From a virus, in IMG/VR virus record IMGVR_UViG_3300045988_129709: a stretch of DNA of 36,443 nucleotides, one strand, 5' to 3'. Positions 1 to 7,369 of the stretch are shown here, in pieces; within the stretch, counting starts at the first letter, position 1, and each line of letters begins with the position of its first letter. The notes below the pieces were generated by a model, which made no database searches, had not been told where the DNA came from, and saw nothing but the letters and a program-made list of their open reading frames with translations. A program made the position numbers and the translations under genes.

Positions 1-55
1 AACATGAACAAAATTAATAAAAGTCTTGAGGCTGTACACACACACACACACACAC
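1..55. repeat. Terminal direct repeat (copy 1) identical to 36389..36443; assembly overlap of a circular/circularly permuted genome
   Basis: Exact 55-nt identity read directly from both ends, ending within the AC tract. Confidence 0.9.
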
Positions 56-63
56 ACTTATAG
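4..63 (+). CDS. 19-aa leader-type ORF MNKINKSLEAVHTHTHTHL containing the (AC)11 tract (His-Thr repeat); RBS AAAGGAG 8 nt upstream (at 36375-36381 in circular context)
   Basis: ATG at 4, TAG at 61-63, and a strong SD at the wrapped position. It sits 27 nt upstream of the first tail-fibre-cluster gene. Confidence 0.4.
   Translation: MNKINKSLEAVHTHTHTHL
36..57. repeat. (AC)11 dinucleotide microsatellite
   Basis: Perfect 22-nt AC tract in a genome that is otherwise about 70% AT. A second, truncated copy lies at the window end (>=10 units). Confidence 0.95.
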
Positions 64-90
64 TTTAGTGAAGAAAAGAGGTGAGCTTAT

Positions 91-535
91 ATGAGCAAAC
101 CTCTTATTTTAGAGTTAAAAGAAAAAAATATAATTACAGCAACTTCAAATAGGCAAACAATAAATATATCAACACCTTGGGGAAAGCAAACTTTACCGTT
201 AGATGATACAGAAATTGTAGGAAACAAGTTGACAGTGATAAATAATACAATCGTTATAGGAGAGGGAGTTACTAAAATAAAATGCTCGGCAAATTGTGTA
301 GGAGTAAGTCATGCTATTCAGGGAGATAAAATTTTTGAGATTGAAAAGAACTCACAGATAATAAAAAGTCAGTATCATTCTCGGCGAAGATAAAATAGGT
401 TTTTTTGGAGCAAGCGTTAATCCAGTTTTAATTACTGTACAAAAAGGAGATAAAATATCAATAGCAATACAGAGTGGCTTTAAAGGAGATGTAGAATATT
501 TGGGTGCAGATTTAACAGTTGAAGTATTTGAATAA
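91..535 (+). CDS. Putative tail fibre/baseplate-associated protein, interrupted: ORF 91..393 continues in the +1 frame (approx 365..535) after an A5 run at approx 363-367; fused product about 157 aa
   Basis: The track ORF ends ...IIKSQYHSRRR*. The adjacent frame reads KVSIILGEDKIGFFGASVNPVLITVQKGDKISIAIQSGFKGDVEYLGADLTVEVFE* with no start codon. Removing one A gives a coherent single protein. Confidence 0.5.
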
Positions 536-567
536 ACTGTGATTAATATGAAGGGAAAAGATATGAT

Positions 568-1665
568 ATGAAAGATAAGAAAATAAAAGTAGCAGACAAT
601 AGTATGGTATATTTTAATGATAAAGTTCTTGGAATAGATGGAGAAAATTTACAGGGAAAAATAATATTCTATTTTGAGAACTTTAAAAATGGAGTAGCAT
701 GGTTAGAATTTGAAAAAGAAGATGGAACAAAAAAGTACATACCAATGGATAAAGTAAATGAAACATATGAGGTAGAAATAAAACCAAGCTTACTTTCAGA
801 TACGTCAATAATATATTTGCAACTAAGAATAACAGAAGATGAAAACGAAAACGGAATACCAGTGTTTAAATCAAAAAAATTCTATATGAATATCTTGGAT
901 TCAATAAATGCAACATCTACAATAGAAGAAGATTACCCTGATATTTTAGATGTTTTAAACAATAAGCAAGACAAGTTAAAAGCAGGGAAAAATATAACAA
1001 TAGGAAACAACGTAATAAGTGCAAATTTTAAAGAAACAGCAGATAAAGAATACGTTGATAATCAAGACAAAGATATACTAAAAAGTGCTAAAGAATATGC
1101 TGATAATCAAGTACCAAATGTAGTTGAAACATATGTAAATGAACATAAAGAAGAACTAAAGGGAGAAAAAGGAGACATTGGAGAAACTGGACCTCAGGGA
1201 ATACAAGGACCTAAAGGCGATGTTGGTCCTCAAGGAAAACAAGGAATCCAAGGACCGATTGGACCACAAGGAGAGCAAGGAATACAAGGTATTCAAGGAG
1301 AAAAAGGTGTTGATGGAAAAAATGGAAAAGACGGTACTAATGGCAAGGATGGTATAAATGGAACTAATGGGAAAAATTATTCAGTAGAAATAGTAGAAAG
1401 TACATTGACCACACAAGAAATAGAACCAAATAAATTCTATAAATTCGGGGAAGTATCAAGTTTAAATATCACACTTGCAGCAATAACAGATACATCAGTT
1501 TTAAATGAGTTTATGTTTGAATTTATAAGTGGAGCTACTGCAACTACCTTAACTTTACCTAATACAGTTAAATGGCTAGAAACACCGACTATTGAAGCAA
1601 ACAAAATATATCAATGTAGTATAGTAGACAATATTGGTGTGTTGTTGGGGGTGTCAAATGTCTAA
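568..1665 (+). CDS. Tail fibre protein with collagen-like Gly-X-Y triple-helix repeats (about 25 G-X-Y units, residues about 195-270)
   Basis: The uninterrupted run [72 protein letters not shown]. Such collagen-like stretches are typical of Firmicute phage fibre proteins. Confidence 0.8.
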   Translation: MKDKKIKVADNSMVYFNDKVLGIDGENLQGKIIFYFENFKNGVAWLEFEKEDGTKKYIPMDKVNETYEVEIKPSLLSDTSIIYLQLRITEDENENGIPVFKSKKFYMNILDSINATSTIEEDYPDILDVLNNKQDKLKAGKNITIGNNVISANFKETADKEYVDNQDKDILKSAKEYADNQVPNVVETYVNEHKEELKGEKGDIGETGPQGIQGPKGDVGPQGKQGIQGPIGPQGEQGIQGIQGEKGVDGKNGKDGTNGKDGINGTNGKNYSVEIVESTLTTQEIEPNKFYKFGEVSSLNITLAAITDTSVLNEFMFEFISGATATTLTLPNTVKWLETPTIEANKIYQCSIVDNIGVLLGVSNV

Positions 1666-2278
1666 TTTCAGAAGAAGACTAATGATGAGTATAAAGAAAC
1701 AAAATGAATATACAGAATTAAATTACATCGAAGGTACAGGAACTCAATATATAAACACAGAAGTGAAAACTAAACAAAGTTTAAAAATAGAATGTACTTT
1801 TAGTGGTAATCAAATATCAACATTATTATTTGGAGCAAGAAAAACTATAATCTTAGACGGATTGACGTGGGGATTCAATAATGCAGAGTCTGCTTTTAGT
1901 GGTTTTGGTGGTAATACACAAAAAAATAATACTACAGTCAACACAATAGATGACAAAAAACATGCAGTTGTACTTTCAAATGAAGTATATACAATTGATA
2001 ATGTAAATCAAATCTTACCAAATAGAGGAACTTTTACAGAATTTTATAATATTTATCTTTTTACGTGGAATAATGCAAATAAAGCAGATAACAGATGTTT
2101 CAAAGGAAAAGTTTATGATTTTAAAATATATGATAATGATGTATTAGTTAGAGATATGATACCAGTTCTTGACAAAAATGGCGTAGCATGTATGTATGAC
2201 AAAGTAAATAAAAAGTTTTACTACAACAAGCGGAACAGGAGATTTCTTATACGGAGAAAAGGAGAGTTAATATGTTAG
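1658..2278 (+). CDS. Tail fibre-associated hypothetical protein (start at ATG 1658 after GGGGGTG RBS; overlaps upstream stop)
   Basis: The in-frame ATG at 1658 has an RBS, whereas the track start at 1634 is TTG with no RBS. It lies in the fibre cluster. Confidence 0.55.
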   Translation: MSNFRRRLMMSIKKQNEYTELNYIEGTGTQYINTEVKTKQSLKIECTFSGNQISTLLFGARKTIILDGLTWGFNNAESAFSGFGGNTQKNNTTVNTIDDKKHAVVLSNEVYTIDNVNQILPNRGTFTEFYNIYLFTWNNANKADNRCFKGKVYDFKIYDNDVLVRDMIPVLDKNGVACMYDKVNKKFYYNKRNRRFLIRRKGELIC

Positions 2279-2520
2279 TAAAATATATAAATGAATACAA
2301 TGTAAAATATGCAAATCACAAAAAGATACTTGAATATGATAATAAACAAGTAATAAATCCACGAGAAGAAGATTTCGAAAAAGCAGGTTATAAGACTTTA
2401 GAAATAGAGGAAGAACCTGCTTTTAATATGGAAACACAGTACTTAGAACCTTACTATCAAGAACAAAAAGAAAAGATAATACAGAAGTGGAAAGTTAAAG
2501 AGATAGAGGAGGTGGGATAG
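2272..2520 (+). CDS. Hypothetical small acidic protein (tail/lysis cassette)
   Basis: ORF whose start overlaps the upstream stop, indicating translational coupling. No transmembrane segment. Confidence 0.45.
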   Translation: MLVKYINEYNVKYANHKKILEYDNKQVINPREEDFEKAGYKTLEIEEEPAFNMETQYLEPYYQEQKEKIIQKWKVKEIEEVG

Positions 2521-2646
2521 TGGATAGCACAATAATAGTAGCAATAATAACAGTACTACGGAGTTATTATTAATACATTAATATCAAATCAAACTAATAA
2601 AAAAATTGAGACATTAGAAAGTATAAAGGCAGAATTTAAAAAAGAG

Positions 2647-2862
2647 TTGGAAGCAGTAAAAAAAGAAATGAAGGAAAATCAAAAAGAACATGACAAAACA
2701 TATTTGACAGATTTTCTATCTGACATAGAAAACAAACAACCAAAGTCAGATATTCAAATTAAAAGAGCTTATGAAATATATGAAGAATATACAAACCTTA
2801 AAGGAAATTCATATGTACATAGTAAATGGGAAGAATTAGAAAAGAAAGGGGCATTGAAATGA
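2647..2862 (+). CDS. Hypothetical soluble 71-aa protein immediately upstream of lysin (not holin-like)
   Basis: ORF with a TTG start. Its stop overlaps the lysin start codon (ATGA). No hydrophobic segment. Confidence 0.4.
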   Translation: MEAVKKEMKENQKEHDKTYLTDFLSDIENKQPKSDIQIKRAYEIYEEYTNLKGNSYVHSKWEELEKKGALK

Positions 2863-4241
2863 AAAAACAAGATAGAAATATAACCATAGCAGTTATAGTG
2901 GCTATGGTTATGATATTTTTTAGTGCAATATTTTTTATAGATGATAAGGAGCTAAAAAAAGATGTAGTAGAAAAAGTTACAGACACTGTAACAGATATAG
3001 CAACAAGAGAAATGAGTAAAGAAGAAATAGAATCTTTACCATCTACAGAAATAATAGAACAAACAGAAGAACAAGAGAATGCTGTATCAAATGAGCAAGA
3101 AGGAGAAGAAACAGAAGGATTTCAACTTCAAGGAGAAATAGCTTATGAAGGAGCAAAAGCAGAAACTTGGAATGTAGAATTAGGGGACTATGTTGGATTA
3201 ACATATTATTCACAATTAGATAGTAGATGGGCAAGCAAGATGTATTCTAGTGTAGGCAATCCAAACCAAACAATAGGTTCTAGTGCTTGTGGCCCTACAT
3301 GTGCTTCAATGGTAGTAACAGCTACAAAAGGAGCAATAACACCTGATACTATGTCAGATTTATTCGTAAAATACGGTTATCGTTCAGCTAACAATGGAAC
3401 GTACTGGAGTGCTTTTAGAGCTGTAGCAGATGAGTTCAATATCGGTTATACAGAAATAACAGATATTCAAAGAGCATTACAATTATTGCAAAACAATAAT
3501 TATGTAATAGTAAGTTGTGGAAACGGATTGTTTACAACGGGTGGACACTTTATCGTTCTAGTTGGAATAGATGGAGATACATTAAAGATATATGATCCAT
3601 ATTTATATAGTGGCAAATTCTCAACAAGTACAAGAAGAGGCAAAGTAACTGTAGATGGAAATACAGTATATTGTAGCATAGACAATTTTAGAAACTATGC
3701 TAATTATAGTAAATTCTTTGCATTTGCTCATGATGGAAATGTACAAGTAAACAACACACGTCCAGTTACAACACAAGCATATACTAGATATGTAAATGCT
3801 AAAATAGGATTAAATATAAGAAATAAGCCTAATGGATATATTGTAGGTGGATTATCTAATGGTACAGCAGTAACAGTATATGAAACAGATGGCAATTGGA
3901 GTAGAATAGGGACAAATAAATGGGTTTCTAGTAATTATCTAACAAGTTATATGGCTGTAGCTTCAAATTCGGTTAAAACAATTTCTGGCGTAAAATACAC
4001 TACAGGAAAATACAAAGTTAATGCTAGTATATTAAATGTTCGTACAGGTCCAAGTACAAAATATAAAATAAAAGGATATAAACAATTAACAGCAAATGCA
4101 AGATACCAAAATAAAAGATTAGGAAATCAATATACTAATGGATTAAAACGTGGAGTAGTAACAACAGTTACTAAAGTTCAAAATGGATTTGGATTAATTC
4201 CAAGTGGGTGGATTTCATTAAATTATTGTACTAAATTATAA
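2859..4241 (+). CDS. Cell-wall hydrolase/endolysin: N-terminal signal-anchor TM segment, papain-like cysteine peptidase (C39-like) domain, two C-terminal SH3b domains
   Basis: MKKQDRNITIAVIVAMVMIFFSAIFFI is a TM segment. SSACGPTCASMV...GGHFIVLVGIDGD is a Cys/His peptidase core. The YTRYVNAKIGLNIRNKPNG...SNYL and YKVNASILNVRTGPSTKYK...GWISLNY motifs are SH3_3-like. The start has the RBS AAGAAAGGGG. Confidence 0.75.
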   Translation: MKKQDRNITIAVIVAMVMIFFSAIFFIDDKELKKDVVEKVTDTVTDIATREMSKEEIESLPSTEIIEQTEEQENAVSNEQEGEETEGFQLQGEIAYEGAKAETWNVELGDYVGLTYYSQLDSRWASKMYSSVGNPNQTIGSSACGPTCASMVVTATKGAITPDTMSDLFVKYGYRSANNGTYWSAFRAVADEFNIGYTEITDIQRALQLLQNNNYVIVSCGNGLFTTGGHFIVLVGIDGDTLKIYDPYLYSGKFSTSTRRGKVTVDGNTVYCSIDNFRNYANYSKFFAFAHDGNVQVNNTRPVTTQAYTRYVNAKIGLNIRNKPNGYIVGGLSNGTAVTVYETDGNWSRIGTNKWVSSNYLTSYMAVASNSVKTISGVKYTTGKYKVNASILNVRTGPSTKYKIKGYKQLTANARYQNKRLGNQYTNGLKRGVVTTVTKVQNGFGLIPSGWISLNYCTKL

Positions 4242-4245
4242 TATT

Positions 4246-4286
4246 AGAGCTAGATTAGATTAATTTCTAGTCTAGCTCTTTTTTTG
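4246..4286 (+). terminator. Rho-independent terminator after lysin
   Basis: Inverted repeat AGAGCTAGAT...TCTAGCTCT followed by T7. Confidence 0.7.
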
Positions 4287-4416
4287 TGCAAAAATGCAGT
4301 AAAATCAAGGCATATAACTTGTTGCTTTAAAAATAAAAACGGCTTAAAATTGATTGTGAAGGGTCGTTTTTTAGCTAAGTTTCAAGGAAAAATCAAATTT
4401 GTAAATTTACAAAATT

Positions 4417-4527
4417 TGTGCTATAATATTGACAGATAGAAAAAGAAATGTTACAATTTTGTCACAGAAATGTTACAAAAAAGAAATGTAATATTTATTG
4501 ACAAAAGATAATATTAATATTAATATA
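4417..4527 (+). promoter_or_regulatory. Tandem sigma-A-type promoters (TTGACA-17-TACAAT at approx 4429-4457; TTGACA-17-TAATAT at approx 4498-4526; extended -10 TGcTATAAT at approx 4419-4427) interleaved with direct repeats GAAATGTTACAA (x2, plus partial GAAATGTAATA)
   Basis: Read directly. Repeats at approx 4445-4456 and 4467-4478 lie between and overlapping the -35/-10 elements, an operator-like arrangement. Confidence 0.45.
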
Positions 4528-5007
4528 ATAAAAAAGAATAAGAGCCGAAGCCCTTATTCAATCAGTTGTTTTTTAGGAGTTTGAGATTTATTCGAATCAG
4601 TGGGATTTGGATAAATCTCAAATTTTCTTTTGGTAGACTCGTATTTAAACGAATATCCACGTTTTGAGCAAATATGTATCAAACCGTAAATTCCACCGGA
4701 AGAAAATTATTACACCTAATAACCAGAACAAATAATTTTGCATGGTGTATCCCCCTTCTTTTGTATTTGCACCAACTCATCTTGCGAAAAGTCAGGTGCA
4801 TAAAATAATATTTAAATGTTGGACATAGAAGTTTAAATACTAATCTATGCACCCAACTCGAAGGAGTAAAACAACTTGTGCTTATTATATATAAAAATAT
4901 ATACTGTGTCAACACAAAAATTGACAAAAAATAACAGTAGTCTTCGACAAATTTCAACACAACAATTCAACATAAAATGTTATAATATCATAAAGGAGAT
5001 GATAGTT

Positions 5008-5181
5008 ATGGAAAAAGCATGTAAAGACTCTCTACAAATGATAAAAGTATTAAATATAAAAAATGAGAAAGAGTATAACAAGTTGCTAAAATTCTATTTA
5101 ATATTATCATCAGAAAGTTTAAAAGGAAGATTAAGAACAAGAAGATTCAAAAAAATAATAAAATTAGCAAAAGAAGTCTAA
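5008..5181 (+). CDS. Small basic 57-aa protein (MEKACKDSLQMIKVLNIKNEKEYNKLLKFYLILSSESLKGRLRTRRFKKIIKLAKEV); moron candidate
   Basis: Strong RBS AAAGGAG and an extended -10 TGtTATAAT upstream. A terminator overlaps the stop codon. Confidence 0.5.
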   Translation: MEKACKDSLQMIKVLNIKNEKEYNKLLKFYLILSSESLKGRLRTRRFKKIIKLAKEV

Positions 5182-5197
5182 AGGGCTTCTTTTTTTG
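5171..5197 (+). terminator. Rho-independent terminator (AAGAAG-loop-CTTCTT + T7)
   Basis: Hairpin plus U-tract read directly. Confidence 0.55.
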
Positions 5198-5312
5198 CAT
5201 ACTTTCTAGATATTAGTACATACTAAAGTTGGTGGTAATATGAAAAGCTATTATTTTCATATAAGAAAATGGCACTTTTCCACCATAGTGGACAAAATGT
5301 AAATTTAATAAA

Positions 5313-5329
5313 GTTGCCCAAATGCAACA
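5313..5329. promoter_or_regulatory. Palindromic operator-like site GTTGCCCAAATGCAACA (copy 1) upstream of XRE gene
   Basis: Inverted repeat GTTGC-N6-GCAAC. The same 17-mer occurs at about 5636. Confidence 0.5.
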
Positions 5330-5377
5330 AAATACATGATATACATGAAAATGAGCATACTAAAGATGGGTGATTTT

Positions 5378-5578
5378 ATGAAGGTAAAGATATTATTAAG
5401 AGAAGTCCGACTTAAAAAGAATATTACACTAGAAACATTAGCCAGATTATCTGGAATAAGTAAAGGACATTTAAGTAAAATAGAAAGACAAGAAAGAGAA
5501 CCTAAGATATCTACGCTAATACAAATAGCGATAGCTTTAAATGTAGATGTCAAAGAATTATATAAAGTTATATTATGA
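5378..5578 (+). CDS. XRE-family helix-turn-helix transcriptional regulator (66 aa)
   Basis: LETLARLSGISKGHLSKIERQEREP is a canonical HTH_3 motif. The ATG at 5378 has a GGGTGA RBS. Confidence 0.7.
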   Translation: MKVKILLREVRLKKNITLETLARLSGISKGHLSKIERQEREPKISTLIQIAIALNVDVKELYKVIL

Positions 5579-5635
5579 CACAATAAAACGTGTCATTTTT
5601 TGTTTTCATAAAAGAAAATGCCTCTTTCATAAAAT

Positions 5636-5652
5636 GTTGCCCAAATGCAACA
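5636..5652. promoter_or_regulatory. Palindromic operator-like site GTTGCCCAAATGCAACA (copy 2) upstream of 56-aa ORF
   Basis: Exact second copy. The flanking TCATAwAAGAAAATG motif is also duplicated. Confidence 0.5.
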
Positions 5653-5708
5653 AGATTAAATATATCTTTCGGTTATGAACGTTCTAAATAAATGTAGGAG
5701 GATATGTA

Positions 5709-5879
5709 ATGAAAGATGTAGTATTAAATGACGTTATGAATTTAGAAGAACTTTTAGAAAGAAGAATTGAAGAAAATATAAAAATGTTTTCAAGAGAAGA
5801 ATTAGAAATCTTAAAAAATAATAAAAATATATTATTAAAAATATATTTATTAGGAATGCTAGATAGTTATAGCTTTTAA
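5709..5879 (+). CDS. Small acidic helical protein (56 aa; MKDVVLNDVMNLEELLERRIEENIKMFSREELEILKNNKNILLKIYLLGMLDSYSF)
   Basis: RBS AGGAGG followed by ATG. Not in the track because it is under 60 aa. Confidence 0.4.
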   Translation: MKDVVLNDVMNLEELLERRIEENIKMFSREELEILKNNKNILLKIYLLGMLDSYSF

Positions 5880-5929
5880 ATTTAATTGTTGATTTTTTTA
5901 TAATTCTATATTATAATGTGCCTATAGTA

Positions 5930-6030
5930 TTTGACAACTTTTTGACAACTCTTTAAATAAAAAGAATAGACTAAATAGACAAATAGACAACACTTTTTAA
6001 AAAATAAAAGTTGTCAAATAGACACATATA
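5930..6030. repeat. attP P-arm: integrase arm-type repeats TTGACAAC (2 direct + 1 inverted GTTGTCAA) and ATAGACA (x3)
   Basis: Read directly, for example TATTTGACAACTTTTTGACAACTCTTT, AATAGACAAATAGACAACAC and GTTGTCAAATAGACACAT. Confidence 0.45.
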
Positions 6031-6049
6031 TCAACAAAACAAGCAATAT

Positions 6050-6089
6050 GCCAATATAGCTCAGTTGGTAGAGCAACGGATTCGTAATC
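6050..6089 (+). other. attP core: 5' 40 nt of a tRNA-Thr(CGU)-like gene (acceptor stem, D-arm and anticodon stem-loop GCCAATATAGCTCAGTTGGTAGAGCAACGGATTCGTAATC), then diverges; no T-arm or 3' half
   Basis: The D-arm TAGCTCAGTTGGTAGAGC is canonical. The anticodon loop TTCGTAA gives anticodon CGT. The match to tRNA structure ends 2 nt after the loop. Confidence 0.5.
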
Positions 6090-6140
6090 AAAACGTCAAA
6101 AACTATATAGACCGGACAGCTCTAAAGAAAATCTGACTTG

Positions 6141-6168
6141 CAGTTAATTTTGACAACAAAAATGACAA
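6141..6168. repeat. attP P'-arm: TTGACAAC / TGACAAC direct repeats
   Basis: TTTTGACAACAAAAATGACAACTAATT lies between the core and the integrase gene's 3' end. Confidence 0.4.
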
Positions 6169-7242
6169 CTAATTAACACAATTTTTGATATAATTATTTA
6201 TTAAATCATCTGCATTTTCTCTTTGTTCATCCAAATGAGTATAAACTTCATAAATCATAGAAGCGGAAGCATGTCCCATTAAGGCTTGCGCTTTTTTTAT
6301 TTTGACACCAGCATAATATAACATTGTACAATATGAATGTCTTAATTGATGACATGTAAACTTTATATTATTTTCTTTGTTCTTATTTATACTATATAAA
6401 AAACTTTCTAAGTGTCTTCTTACTGCAACATCAGTCAACATTTTGCCGTCTTTTTCTTTTACAAATAATAATCCATTTTTAGAATTATTAACTAAATTAA
6501 CAACTATATCATATATGTTATCTAAAATAGGTATAGTACGAACTCTATTATTTTTAGTAGTTTTTACTATAGGTTGGTTATGTAGAAGAACAACAGCTTT
6601 GTTAATAGAAATAGTTTTATTTTTTAAGTCAACATCATCAACAGTTAATGGGATTATTTCTTCTTTTCTCATGCCAGTATAACGCATCAAAATAAAAAAT
6701 GGGGCATATTTGTGTGTTGAATTAATAAGAAGATTATCTTCGTCAATTGTTAAAGGCATACGTTCATTTTTTATAACTTTTAACGGTTTTATATTACTAG
6801 CAACATTTTTAATTATTATATCATTATCAATAGCATCATTTAAAATTCTTTTCACATAAGCAAGCGTTTTATTTGCAGTTGTAGGTGTATTTTTCATATC
6901 TGAAAGTAATTGTTCAACATCATATTTTTTTATATCTTTAATTTTTTTAAATCCAAGAGATGGAATAATATGGTTGTTTACAATGGATTTATATTCTTCA
7001 ATTGTTCTAATTTCTTTACCAGCAGAATTTAATTCAATCCACTTAATTGCGAAATTCTTCATCTTTATATTCTCTATATCAGATAGTCCATTATAAGAAT
7101 TATGCATAAATTCAATATATTGTTTGTACAAATCTTTTATATCTTTAGAATATATATATTTAGATTTTCCGTTTGTAGTAATTTTTTTCATTAATCTTCC
7201 GTCTGTTCTGATAGTATAAGTCATATCTTTATATTTGTTCAT
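6169..7242 (-). CDS. int: Tyrosine-type site-specific integrase
   Basis: C-terminal motifs HQLRHSY and LMGHASASMIYEVYTHL match the R..HxxR..Y catalytic signature. The gene is adjacent to attP. Confidence 0.9.
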   Translation of the reverse strand: MNKYKDMTYTIRTDGRLMKKITTNGKSKYIYSKDIKDLYKQYIEFMHNSYNGLSDIENIKMKNFAIKWIELNSAGKEIRTIEEYKSIVNNHIIPSLGFKKIKDIKKYDVEQLLSDMKNTPTTANKTLAYVKRILNDAIDNDIIIKNVASNIKPLKVIKNERMPLTIDEDNLLINSTHKYAPFFILMRYTGMRKEEIIPLTVDDVDLKNKTISINKAVVLLHNQPIVKTTKNNRVRTIPILDNIYDIVVNLVNNSKNGLLFVKEKDGKMLTDVAVRRHLESFLYSINKNKENNIKFTCHQLRHSYCTMLYYAGVKIKKAQALMGHASASMIYEVYTHLDEQRENADDLINNYIKNCVN

Positions 7243-7369
7243 AAATCCTCCTTAAAAAATAAGATAAGTACATTCCACTTATCCTTAGTATATATATCCA
7301 TATTTGTCTTTATAAAATTTTAAAGCACTGCTCATATATTCGATTGTAACTTCAAAATATTCTGCTAGA

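Noticed and set aside
1150-1380. Regular DNA periodicity suggestive of a repeat array (CRISPR-like?)
   Set aside because: The periodicity is 9-nt Gly-X-Y coding repeats of the collagen-like fibre. There are no spacer/repeat units, and no cas genes anywhere in the window.
568-2520. Diversity-generating retroelement near fibre genes
   Set aside because: No reverse transcriptase ORF and no template/variable repeat pair were detected. Variation candidates here are the microsatellite and homopolymer tracts instead.
2798-2986. Minus-strand ORFs nested antisense within plus-strand genes (e.g. 2798..2986, 3043..3234, 3500..3685, 9340..9522, 9741..9935, 10109..10300, 10884..11231, 13477..13686, 13798..14004, 18378..18689, 18626..18991, 19010..19411, 20353..20556, 20696..21186, 21743..22024, 23309..23687, 23728..24048, 24100..24417, 24697..25205, 25948..26325, 27736..28035, 29845..30180, 30331..30534, 30659..30979, 31106..31460, 31626..31844, 32067..32249, 32619..33017, 34546..34728)
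   Set aside because: Leu/Phe/Ile/Ser-rich low-complexity translations typical of antisense frames in AT-rich DNA. No RBS. They fully overlap well-supported plus-strand genes. The whole genome outside 6.1-8.6 kb is plus-strand.
4536-4560. Hairpin AAGAGCCGAAGCCCTT as a terminator
   Set aside because: The stem has a mismatch. The downstream T-run is separated by about 15 nt. It may be part of the leader structure but is not a convincing intrinsic terminator.
4679-4960. Minus-strand 93-aa ORF and TTG-initiated 101-aa plus ORF (4876..5181) in the accessory region
   Set aside because: No RBS or promoter for the minus ORF. The plus-strand extension contains an internal promoter (extended -10) and a strong RBS for the ATG at 5008, so only the 57-aa C-terminal ORF is credible.
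6050-6125. Possible complete tRNA gene next to integrase
   Set aside because: Only the first about 40 nt fold as tRNA (through the anticodon loop). No complementary anticodon-stem 3' strand, no T-arm GTTCRA, and no acceptor 3' strand were found. It is therefore interpreted as an attP core.

The anticodon-stem finding above is inconsistent with the attP core feature call, which lists a full anticodon stem-loop. The stem's 3' strand was not found: after the loop the sequence reads TCAAA where TCCGT would be required.
6377-6682. Plus-strand 101-aa ORF inside the integrase gene
   Set aside because: Antisense to a clearly conserved integrase. Hydrophobic low-complexity translation.
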